This document shows, piece after piece, positions 40,040 through 47,768 of a stretch of 47,768 bases of DNA. The first letter of the stretch is position 1, and the number at the start of each line of letters is the position of its first letter. The translations under genes and the position numbers were made by a program. This stretch comes from Chloroflexia bacterium. GTDB taxonomy: Bacteria > Chloroflexota > Chloroflexia > QHBQ01 > JADMIH01. The DNA lies in contig JBAURA010000444.1 in NCBI GenBank assembly GCA_049580985.1, forward strand, positions 1 to 47,768. Direction: 5' to 3'. The notes beneath the pieces were generated by a model. The model was not told the origin of the DNA and made no database searches. It saw only the letters and a program-made list of their open reading frames with translations.

Positions 40040-42844
40040 TCATGCGGTGTCCATCGTAGTTATGGCGATGTTGTTGTCGAAGGGGACGAGCCGCCAGACA
40101 AGGGTAGGTCCGCTGGCGCAAGGGAGTGCAAGGGCGGCTGCCGGGTCAATGTTGCTCAGGTCTCCATACGCACTCACGTCAACAAGCAGGAGCACCTGCG
40201 GCCTGTCGGGGACTGTCCATTCCAGTGGCCCTATGATCTCTACGCCGCCCGCACCGACGGGCGGTCCGGATATGGAGCCTATTGAACCCGCCGACCAATC
40301 GTTAGGCCACACCGCGCCGGGAGTGCCATTGCTGTGGTAAGCTCGCATCGTCACAAGTGTGGCTGACTGGTAACCCCGATTCCACACCCGTACATACAGA
40401 TAGTTGACCGCTTTACGCACGGGTGGCTGGTGTTCGGTTAGAGGGTTTACAGTCGCAGGGTTGGGCGGCGTCGCGTAGCTCGCGCGCCGGTTCCATATCT
40501 CCGTGGTGCCATGAAAGTTCTCCAGGTACGGGGCATAGGAGCCTCGGCGGGAGTCATCTATGTACAAATCCACAGGCTGCTTGCCTGGCGCGACGACAGG
40601 TGCTGATGAGCCAGGCGGCTGATAGAGACCTTGCTGCTCGAAGCTCCATTTGATCACCTTTCCCACCGCACCGCCCGCCAGAGAGTGAGGTGTAGGCAAG
40701 TTGGGTATCTCGAGGGCCGGGTCCGGAAATGCCACAGTTGCCTTGTCAGCCTCCAACATAGCCGTCACGTAAGCGTCGGGCGTGCTTGTGGGTGTGGAGG
40801 AAGCAGGCGGCAGGCCACCAATAGCTCTGATGATCAGGTAACTCATGTACCGTGCCGCTAACTCTTTGACCGCCCGCGCAGCGGGTATCTCGTCGTGAGC
40901 AGACATGGTAGCATCGCCCCCCAGCGCGCAATACGCCCTGAATAAGGATGTAGAGAGTATCTGCTCTTGTTGGTAGCCCCAGTAGGGCTTCATGCCCTGC
41001 TTATCCTCATTGTCTATCTGGCCGCCCCATGCGTAATTCAGGTAGGTGCGTAACGAACCGCCGTGATACCTCCATCGCCCACTCAAAGCCGGATTCTGGC
41101 TCATCAGCCAGGGGTACGTGCCAAAACGCTCCGGTTCATTCACCAGCATGGTAGCAGGGTCGCTCAGTATGGCGGCGAGGCTGTCGCCAGCGCTGTGCGC
41201 GAAGGGGAAGTTGGGCGCGTGGAGGCGCGACCAGAGCAGAGCGTGGCAAAACTCATGCATCGTGATACGTGGGTCCAGCGCGTTGCCCCAGAATACCAGA
41301 GGTTCTGAGTTTAGTCGCCCGTAGTAAACGCTATCGAGGCGGGTAAAGTCTTCGTAACCCATCGTGCGCGCATCTACAGCGCCTTCCGTGCCAAGCGGGT
41401 CAACTCGAATAGGCACTTGAAGGTTGGGCGGGAAGAAGTCGTTCAACAACCCAAGATACTCCAGCAGGCCAAACATCGAGTCAAGATGGTAGTACGCGCT
41501 CACTGCGGTAAACTTCGAGGATTCGGTAATGATTTCATAGTTGAAGTTGAAGCTTAAGCTGCCAGACGGGTTTTCTGCTTGATCTTCGCCAACCGAGGGG
41601 TTCCACAGATCTGTTATATAAAGCCATTTGCCACTAAGCTTGACAGGTTTCCCCACTTCGCGGCTCACCTCGAACGACACAGGCACTCGCAGATTACGGA
41701 CATGGCTATCGCTCACAGAGGTGGGCGGAAAGAACAGGTCGTTGCCCCGGGACGTAACAGGATCAGCGTTCAGCACAAGGCCATTAGCAGTCACCATCTG
41801 CATGGCAGCAGCGACAACCGGCATATCGCCTCCTGCTGCACCCCCTGTGCCCGTTTTGCCCGTTTCGTCTATAGCTCCAACATCCTCATCATCGAAACCG
41901 TCGAGCGAGGCCGAGGCAGCATTGGGTGAGAGCAAGCTTGGCTGCTCATAATCCAAGAAACTGTCAGGGTCGTCCAGGGAGGGACTTACGAGGTTACTGT
42001 CAAGCGCTGGAGAAGGGTCTGCGAAGCAAGATACCAGCGACGTTTCCACAGAGAGCGCAAATCCAGTTTCGGTATGCACGAACGCTCGCCAATTTACGTA
42101 GCTGGGTCGCATATCGCTTCCGGTCACGCTCACGGTGAAGAGAACCTCCGTCACCAGGTAGTGTAAGCCGCCCACAAATATACCCGGCGGGAGCGGGGGC
42201 AAAGGAAGGGTTGTCAGCCTATCCAAGAAGGCGTCGGCCGACGCGGCTGTTTCTGTCATCACATCACGAGGCGACGCTTGATAGCGATAGTAAAGGAGCC
42301 TTGTGGCCTTGAACTGGACCACTTTCCTGTCCAGGGCAGGGTTATACAGTCCCAACAACGTCTCCAACATAGGTAGCGATATGCGACCGGGCAGATAAGG
42401 CGCGGTTGCCGGGTCTGTCCCTTCCCACACAGGCGAGAGATGGAGAGAGCTTTGGGAGCTTGTGATACGCAAGTTCTTGTTGTGTGGGCTAACCACAACC
42501 GATACGCCCGCTTCCCACACAGGCAGCCCGTTGATGGTCTGCGTGTAGCAAACTACGTGAGTCTTGTCGGGATTGCCTACCGATACGACGGTATTGAAGC
42601 GCAACTGAGACCCGTCCTTCGGTATAAAGTCTGAGCCTATGGGCGTACTTAAGTCGAGCTTAACCGTGTGATCGGGGTCGTAGTGGGTAGGCAGGTTTTC
42701 CACCAGGTAGCTCTGCGCCAGCAAGGCCGGGTATGACCCTTCTATATACTGGCCGAATTCCCTGATGTGTTCTATGTGCACGAGGCGACCTCGGTCGTCT
42801 CGCACACTATGGATGTTGGGCGACAGCAAATTGATACTTACCAC
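40040..42844 (-). CDS. Large putative zinc metallopeptidase (HExxH)
   Basis: 934 aa with a GTG start. AGGAGG lies 8 nt upstream. There is a single HExxH motif in the context RITMHEFCHALLWSRLH. No obvious signal peptide is present. I cannot assign a family by eye. Confidence 0.6.
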   Translation of the reverse strand: MVSINLLSPNIHSVRDDRGRLVHIEHIREFGQYIEGSYPALLAQSYLVENLPTHYDPDHTVKLDLSTPIGSDFIPKDGSQLRFNTVVSVGNPDKTHVVCYTQTINGLPVWEAGVSVVVSPHNKNLRITSSQSSLHLSPVWEGTDPATAPYLPGRISLPMLETLLGLYNPALDRKVVQFKATRLLYYRYQASPRDVMTETAASADAFLDRLTTLPLPPLPPGIFVGGLHYLVTEVLFTVSVTGSDMRPSYVNWRAFVHTETGFALSVETSLVSCFADPSPALDSNLVSPSLDDPDSFLDYEQPSLLSPNAASASLDGFDDEDVGAIDETGKTGTGGAAGGDMPVVAAAMQMVTANGLVLNADPVTSRGNDLFFPPTSVSDSHVRNLRVPVSFEVSREVGKPVKLSGKWLYITDLWNPSVGEDQAENPSGSLSFNFNYEIITESSKFTAVSAYYHLDSMFGLLEYLGLLNDFFPPNLQVPIRVDPLGTEGAVDARTMGYEDFTRLDSVYYGRLNSEPLVFWGNALDPRITMHEFCHALLWSRLHAPNFPFAHSAGDSLAAILSDPATMLVNEPERFGTYPWLMSQNPALSGRWRYHGGSLRTYLNYAWGGQIDNEDKQGMKPYWGYQQEQILSTSLFRAYCALGGDATMSAHDEIPAARAVKELAARYMSYLIIRAIGGLPPASSTPTSTPDAYVTAMLEADKATVAFPDPALEIPNLPTPHSLAGGAVGKVIKWSFEQQGLYQPPGSSAPVVAPGKQPVDLYIDDSRRGSYAPYLENFHGTTEIWNRRASYATPPNPATVNPLTEHQPPVRKAVNYLYVRVWNRGYQSATLVTMRAYHSNGTPGAVWPNDWSAGSIGSISGPPVGAGGVEIIGPLEWTVPDRPQVLLLVDVSAYGDLSNIDPAAALALPCASGPTLVWRLVPFDNNIAITTMDTA

Positions 42845-43536
42845 GGATGTTACCTCCTGTTATAAGCGTGCATCTAAGCAGATGGGTACGCTGGAAAGGG
42901 CGCGTTCCTTGGAGAACAGCCCTGTGTCCACATCGTGGCGAGTTGTTGAGTTAGGGTCGGGCGGAGTATGCCCTTATTATAGCAGAAAGCTTGCGTATAG
43001 TGTGTATATTTTTACTCACTATTCTGCTGAATCTAGAAGTTCTGGATGTCGATAGACATTGTATGTATCTGGATAGCCCGCTAATGGATGTGAGTACGCC
43101 ATGCTTGAGTCGATCACATGCGACTCCTCTATTCGATTTAGTTGTGCGCGTTTACAGATTAATACAAAAGATTAATCTTTTTGTCTGATGTGCGTACGGC
43201 AGGACCACGGTACTATCCGTTATGTGGCAGGTTGCCGAGCGGGTTGCGGCGGAGTAGACCCAGGATCGCCGATATTGCCACTTCTAGATATTCAGCGACT
43301 GGTATTAACAGCTACAGACAAAAAGGAGCAAGACCTATCAGGAGACCATATACTCAGTTCTGCGGTTACAGGTTCTCGCTAACCGGGATGCGGGTGAGAT
43401 AAGGAATGCCGCGGACGAGTCGCACGAGGGACATCTGGCGTCCAATGAAGACGTCGAACCGCTCACCGGCTGGTAGAATACCTGCAAGACATCCAAATTA
43501 TAGGATGAAATATGACCAAAGCGGAGGTATGCAGCT

Positions 43537-43868
43537 GTGAGAGTGGTACTAGATGTATTCAGCGGATGCCCGAATCCGTCCTGGGAGTCGTCTGAGGAAG
43601 AAATTGTGCACGCAACACGCCACAGACACGGTCGAGGCACCCGCGGAGTCCCCCCTCGGCTACAGGGGATTTTCGCCTCACGGCCGGTTAAGCGGATATC
43701 GGTTTACCCGACCAAATCTACGTCGGTAGCGGGGCTGTGACGATTCGAGACAGAAATGCCCACCGGGCAGCCCGATACCTGGATGTACACAACCTGGAGA
43801 AGTGGCTTGCACAGAAGGCCGAAGCACAAGGATACGGAAACCTTGTGAGCCACCTGCTAGACGATTAG
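43537..43868 (+). pseudogene. Possible frameshifted small gene (three frame segments)
   Basis: - Frame A (43537-43740) starts MRVVLDVFSGCPNPSWESSEEEIVH.
- A second frame gives PLGYRGFSPHG.
- A third frame (43692-43868) gives IYVGSGAVTIRDRNAHRAARYLDVHNLEKWLAQKAEAQGYGNLVSHLLDD*.
The pieces look protein-like and collinear, but none is a complete gene. Confidence 0.3.
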
Positions 43869-43938
43869 AACCATCTCGCAAACACAAAGATGCAACCGGG
43901 CGCGATCTGCGCTCAGATGCGAACAAAAGGAGCAGAAA

Positions 43939-45414
43939 ATGACACGTGAAGATAGATCGCGCAAGAACGCCGCGCGAAGAGACAATGGCCAGAATAACGC
44001 CGGCTTTGGCTTCAACATAACCGACGGCATCGGCGACACAGGCGGAGTCGCTGGCAACGGCAACGGTAACGGCAACGGTGCGAACAACATCGTTCCGGGC
44101 ACCACCGGCCGCTACCTCGTTCTCCTCAAAGAGAATACCGTAGCTGAAGGCGTATCTCTCTTGAGGGAGTCTACCGGCCTGAGAGTAACCTCAACTCAGG
44201 ACTCTGCTGATGGAGTTCTGGATGAAGAACAACTTCAAAACACCGATGTGATCGTGTTTGACCAGCTTGCAGTAGCCGTGGTTGACGCGCTGCCCGAGCA
44301 CATCAATGCGATCAGTGGAGTTATGGGCAACGAAAGCAGCCCCATCCTCGCTATAGAGCCTGAGCGCATCGTGTTCGCGTTCGAGGATAACGCGCCCGGC
44401 TTTTCAACCGGGGTTGGACTACAGGTACGCGAAGCAGAGGCAACTGTGCCCGCGGACTATCTCTACGGCTACAAAGACGCTGTTGACCATCTGATCGAGA
44501 AGTTACTTGGCAACGGGCAACTCTCAGAGGAATACGGTAGTGAAGAAACAGCTTCCTACGTCGAGAGCGAGTACACCTGGGGCTTGCAAGCGACTAAAGT
44601 AGTATCCACACGCTACACAGGCCGGGGCATCAAAGTAGCCGTACTCGATACTGGATTCGACTTGCGACACCCTGACTTCGTAGGGCGCACCGTGGTCACC
44701 AAGTCGTTCATAGCGGGCGAGCCGGTAGAGGACGGACATGGGCATGGAACGCATTGCATCGGCACTGCCTGCGGTCCCAAGCGACCGACTCAGCTGCCTC
44801 GTTATGGCATTGCCTACCAGGCGGAGATCTACGCCGGCAAGGTGTTGAACAATCGGGGCAGCGGCACCGATAGCGGCATCCTGGCCGGAATCAACTGGGC
44901 CGTCGCCAACAAATGCCAGGTAGTCTCTATGTCGCTTGGTGCGCCCGTGATGCCCGGTCAATCGCATTCGCAGATCTTTGAGCAAGTGGCAAATCGGGCA
45001 TTGGCGGCTGGCACGCTCATTATCGCTGCGGCAGGCAATTCCAGTCGCCGCCCTGGCTCGATCAATCCAGTGGGCCACCCCGCCAACTGCCCATCGATCA
45101 TGGCCGTGGGCGCGCTTGACTCGGCTTTGCGAATAGCATTCTTTTCCGAGGGCGGTTTGCAACCCAACGGCGGCCAGGTGGACATTGCCGGGCCGGGCGT
45201 GGATGTCAGGTCCAGTTGGCCGAGGCCGATGCTCTACCGCACCATCAGCGGCACAAGCATGGCTACCCCGCACGTAGCAGGCATCGCTGCCCTCTTCGCC
45301 GAGTCGAACGCACGCGCCAGAGGACGGGTGCTCGCTCAATTGGTGATGCAACACGCTCGCAGGCTGGCCCTTCCAGCCCGCGACGTGGGGACAGGCCTGG
45401 TACAGGCTCCCTAA
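43939..45414 (+). CDS. S8 (subtilisin-family) serine peptidase with an N-terminal propeptide-like region
   Basis: 491 aa. The triad contexts are VAVLDTGFDLRHPDF (Asp), GHGHGTHCIGTA (His) and SGTSMATPHVAG (Ser). The N-terminus has a GNGNGNGNG low-complexity tract and an I9-like segment (RYLVLLKENTVAEG...VIVFDQLAVAVVDA). No hydrophobic signal peptide is present. Confidence 0.88.
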   Translation: MTREDRSRKNAARRDNGQNNAGFGFNITDGIGDTGGVAGNGNGNGNGANNIVPGTTGRYLVLLKENTVAEGVSLLRESTGLRVTSTQDSADGVLDEEQLQNTDVIVFDQLAVAVVDALPEHINAISGVMGNESSPILAIEPERIVFAFEDNAPGFSTGVGLQVREAEATVPADYLYGYKDAVDHLIEKLLGNGQLSEEYGSEETASYVESEYTWGLQATKVVSTRYTGRGIKVAVLDTGFDLRHPDFVGRTVVTKSFIAGEPVEDGHGHGTHCIGTACGPKRPTQLPRYGIAYQAEIYAGKVLNNRGSGTDSGILAGINWAVANKCQVVSMSLGAPVMPGQSHSQIFEQVANRALAAGTLIIAAAGNSSRRPGSINPVGHPANCPSIMAVGALDSALRIAFFSEGGLQPNGGQVDIAGPGVDVRSSWPRPMLYRTISGTSMATPHVAGIAALFAESNARARGRVLAQLVMQHARRLALPARDVGTGLVQAP

Positions 45415-45433
45415 TAACCTTCGCACATATAGA

Positions 45434-45469
45434 GCGAGGTGGAGCACGACTTGCTGTGCTCCACCTCGC
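45434..45469 (+). terminator. 14-bp perfect stem-loop after the S8 peptidase gene (no T-tract)
   Basis: GCGAGGTGGAGCAC (45434-45447), an 8-nt loop, then GTGCTCCACCTCGC (45456-45469). Confidence 0.45.
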
Positions 45470-45521
45470 CGCTATCATATTGCAGCACAATGCAATTACC
45501 GCTTTGTAAAGGAGGCCACAC

Positions 45522-45821
45522 ATGCCGGCACGCAAAAAGAAAGGTAGCCCAAGGAAGTCCGACCACGGTGACAACCAGAACGATACATATGTACCGGTGT
45601 CGGTTTCTATTGACGACAGCTATCAGCAGCGTTTTGAAGAGGTGCTTCGAAGCTGTGCTGACGTTGGGATGCAAGTTGAACAGAAGATGCCGTCGGTTGG
45701 CGTAATATCAGGCAAAATAAGGCCGACGCAAGTGGCTGCCCTACGCGCGGTCAAAGGAGTATCCTTCGTAGAGAGGGACCAGTCTATCTCGCTTCCATCT
45801 CCCGACGACGACGTGCAGTAG
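45522..45821 (+). CDS. Small protein resembling a stand-alone subtilisin propeptide/inhibitor I9 domain
   Basis: 99 aa with an ATG start and an AAAGGAGG RBS. After a basic N-terminus: YVPVSVSIDDSYQQRFEEVLRSCADVGMQVEQKMPSVGVISGKIRPTQVAALRAVKGVSFVERDQSISL. This has the beta-alpha-beta-beta-alpha-beta pattern and the GV.FVE.D ending typical of I9-type propeptides. Confidence 0.55.
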   Translation: MPARKKKGSPRKSDHGDNQNDTYVPVSVSIDDSYQQRFEEVLRSCADVGMQVEQKMPSVGVISGKIRPTQVAALRAVKGVSFVERDQSISLPSPDDDVQ

Positions 45822-46018
45822 GCAGCACCAGCGCCTATGTACCCGCTAATTGGCAGGGAACTGGAACGCAAATAGGTGAAGGCTTTGTTGCCGCAAATGA
45901 TTATGACTGCTAAAGTAGGGCTTGCTGCCTCTTCATGCTAGTGCGCGGACTCGCCTAAGCACGCTTTCCTCACCCTTTTTCCGTAAACGAGTGTTTGCCG
46001 CTCGTGGCAGCCAAACTC

Positions 46019-46175
46019 ACAGCCAACGCGTTGGACAACCGTAGAGTTCTCTGGACATAGTTACCACGAGGTCATCGTAATTCATGCAGACAAGGGGCCC
46101 TACAGACGTCTCTGGACGACTATCTCTCCAACTCTAGATCAGTTAGTTGAGGTTCGAATCCTTGCGCTCCAGCCA
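46019..46175 (+). repeat. Noncoding element copy 2 with a tRNA-like 3' end (paralog of 32362-32518)
   Basis: It ends in TGAGGTTCGAATCCTTGCGCTCCAGCCA, with a canonical T-loop (GGTTCGAATCC). The upstream part, ACAGCCAAcGCGTTGGACAAcc..., is shared with copy 1. It is followed by a terminator hairpin. Confidence 0.5.
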
Positions 46176-46188
46176 ATAAAATACGCAC

Positions 46189-46224
46189 GAAAACGGCCCA
46201 ATTATATAATTTGAGGCCGTTTTC
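46189..46224 (+). terminator. Terminator-like hairpin after element copy 2
   Basis: GAAAACGGCC (46189-46198), a 16-nt AT-rich loop, then GGCCGTTTTC (46215-46224). Confidence 0.5.
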
Positions 46225-46644
46225 CTTGGGCTTGTGTAGCCAATTATATACTGCCTGTCGCCTGACTACCAACTAGCAATAACAGGCTTAGTGGATCGCC
46301 CCCGGAGCCGCAAGCATCCTTTCGCCATAACTCTTGATTGGACACTTATTGAGCACCTTTCGGGCGGGACAATGAGCACCCCCACGCCGCATAATGCGTT
46401 CAGAGAGTAATCGCTACTATTGCCTCGTTACCTCCTTGAGTGATATACTGGCACATATCATCGTCGTCCCCCTATCTCTTGTAGAGATGGCGGGGCGGCT
46501 GTCTGCATGTAAATATCTGTGCGGACGGAAGCCCGAGGGCTGTACCTCGCAAGGTAACACGCATGGCATTGGGCGCTCATAGGCCGTCCCTCTCTATGAC
46601 GGGTTCTGTGGCGCTGCCGTTTGTTGCCGAAGGAGTGCTTTTGC

Positions 46645-47768
46645 ATGAATTGCCCTGATTGCCAGACCTATAACCCGGAAGGTGCCAAGTTCTGCTTCAA
46701 CTGCGGAACCTCGCTCTCTATTAGCTGCCGCGGTTGTGGCACCCAGCTTATGCCCGGGGCCAGATTCTGCGTCAATTGCGGCCACCCGGTAGCTGCCTCC
46801 GGCCCTCCAGCGCTCGAACCTACCCAGGTAGCCACCCCCATAGTAACACCCTCTCACTCCTCCCCGGCCAGGCCCGCGACCGACCAGTCGCTTGGCCGTC
46901 TGCAACAGTACATCCCAAAGGAACTCCTCAACAAGCTAGAGGCAGCCAGGGCAAACCGCGGCATGGCGGGCGAGCGGCGCATCGTGACCGTCCTCTTCTG
47001 CGACATAAAAGGCTCCACCACCCTCGCCGAGATGCTCGACCCCGAGGAGTGGGCCGACATCATGAACGGCGCCTTCAAATACCTGATCGAGCCTATTTAC
47101 AGGTACGAAGGCACCCTTGCCCGGCTCATGGGTGACGCCATCCTCGCCTTCTTCGGCGCGCCCATCGCCCACGAGGATGACCCCCAGCGGGCTGTGCTGG
47201 CGGGACTTGACATCATCGAGGGCATGAAAGAGTATCGCCAGCAGATCAAGAGCCAACACGGCTTCGACCTGAACGTTCGCGTCGGGATCAACACCGGCCT
47301 GGTGGTAGTGGGCGAAGTGGGGTCGGACCTGCGAGTTGAATACACCGCTATGGGAGATGCCGTCAACCTGGCGTCCCGCATGGAGCAGGCCGCCGAACCC
47401 GGCACCGTGCGCATCTCCGGCAACACCTACAAATCGGTGTCCAACCTTTTCTACTTCAACGCGTTAGGCGAGATCGAAGTACGAGGCAAGGCTGAGCCGG
47501 TGCCAGCCTACGAGGTGCTCAGCGCGCGCGAAGGCGCTATCCCCACGCGAGGCATCGAGGGCCTTGCCTCCCCCCTGGTCGGCAGGGCACGAGAACTCTC
47601 CGCACTACAGGCAGCCATCGAGGATGTAACCGCCGGCCTGGGCCGCGTCGTATCCATCATGGGCGAAGCGGGTCTCGGCAAGTCCCGCCTCGTGGCCGAG
47701 CTAAGACAGTGGACGAAGGACGAAGGACTAAAGACGGATGAAGCGCCTTCGTCGTCCGTCCTTCGTCC
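46645..47768 (+). CDS. Double zinc-ribbon + class III adenylate/guanylate cyclase + STAND ATPase (partial, runs off window end)
   Basis: This ORF is not in the ORF track because no stop codon is reached. Reading from the ATG at 46645:
- Zn-ribbon: MNCPDCQTYNPEGAKFCFNCGTSLSISCRGCGTQLMPGARFCVNCGHPV.
- Cyclase motifs: RRIVTVLFCDIKGSTTLAE, GDAILAFFGAP, VRVGINTGLVVVGEVG...EYTAMGDAVNLASRME.
- Walker A: IMGEAGLGKSRLV. Confidence 0.85.
   Translation, partial: MNCPDCQTYNPEGAKFCFNCGTSLSISCRGCGTQLMPGARFCVNCGHPVAASGPPALEPTQVATPIVTPSHSSPARPATDQSLGRLQQYIPKELLNKLEAARANRGMAGERRIVTVLFCDIKGSTTLAEMLDPEEWADIMNGAFKYLIEPIYRYEGTLARLMGDAILAFFGAPIAHEDDPQRAVLAGLDIIEGMKEYRQQIKSQHGFDLNVRVGINTGLVVVGEVGSDLRVEYTAMGDAVNLASRMEQAAEPGTVRISGNTYKSVSNLFYFNALGEIEVRGKAEPVPAYEVLSAREGAIPTRGIEGLASPLVGRARELSALQAAIEDVTAGLGRVVSIMGEAGLGKSRLVAELRQWTKDEGLKTDEAPSSSVLR

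Noticed and set aside
43156-43180. AGATTAAT direct repeat (13-bp spacing) in the AT-rich divergent region between the metallopeptidase and S8 genes
   Set aside because: This is a single pair of short AT-rich words in AT-rich DNA. Chance occurrence is likely and there is no second copy elsewhere in the window.
44524-45447. 307-aa minus-strand ORF antisense to the S8 peptidase gene
   Set aside because: Same reasoning. The + strand frame carries the complete Asp/His/Ser triad contexts. The antisense product has no recognisable features.
46094-46175. Copy 2 as a complete tRNA gene
   Set aside because: GGGGCCC (46094) can pair with GCGCTCC at 6 of 7 positions, but that register conflicts with a 5-bp T-stem. 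No D-arm with GG or convincing anticodon stem could be drawn. I treated it as a tRNA-like fragment or element only.

Overview
GC-rich bacterial window, 47.8 kb, that reads as a RiPP and signalling island. The taxon cannot be set from sequence alone. The many STAND/TPR regulators, the SLH protein and the NHLP-type leaders are reminiscent of Chloroflexota (Ktedonobacteria-like) or Actinobacteria, but that is inference.

Layout, left to right:
1. A truncated, frameshifted IS6-family element (1-677).
2. A minus-strand operon (691-8180): SAM methyltransferase, GAF protein, cytoplasmic S8 peptidase, adenylate-cyclase/STAND-ATPase/TPR protein, and a phosphoribosyltransferase fused to a PQQ-like beta-propeller.
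3. A large ATPase-TPR regulator with a C-terminal SARP (winged-helix + BTAD) module (8499-12071).
4. A class IV lanthipeptide locus (12.4-26.5 kb): two LanL-type lyase-kinase-cyclase synthetases, three precursors with NHLP-like leaders, an unknown protein (possible PT-barrel), a VAO/PCMH-type flavoenzyme, an unknown helical protein, and an ABC exporter fused to a degenerate peptidase-like N-domain and a C-terminal cNMP-binding domain.
5. A secreted beta-propeller/SLH protein (27023-29020).
6. Two more STAND-TPR regulators, with XRE and LuxR DNA-binding domains.
7. The most unusual locus (35.7-40.0 kb): a 202-aa precursor-like protein ending in six tandem CGG[H/Q]SF[A/N] heptads, a stand-alone APH-type kinase, and a HopA1-like domain fused to a Zn-ligand LanC-like cyclase. 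I read this as a lanthionine-installing system of undescribed architecture.
8. An HExxH metallopeptidase, an S8 peptidase and a stand-alone I9-like propeptide protein (40.0-45.8 kb).
9. A partial Zn-ribbon/adenylate-cyclase/STAND gene that runs off the 3' end.

Non-coding signals:
- TGTCACC heptamers at exact 11-bp phasing sit upstream of the first precursor gene. The same arrangement recurs upstream of the methyltransferase operon. This is SARP-type operator geometry.
- A 17-bp hairpin lies between the first precursor gene and its synthetase gene.
- Several convergent-gene terminators are present.
- Two paralogous noncoding elements with a tRNA-like 3' end bracket the 32.5-46.2 kb segment.

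All domain calls come from reading motifs by eye. No searches were run.
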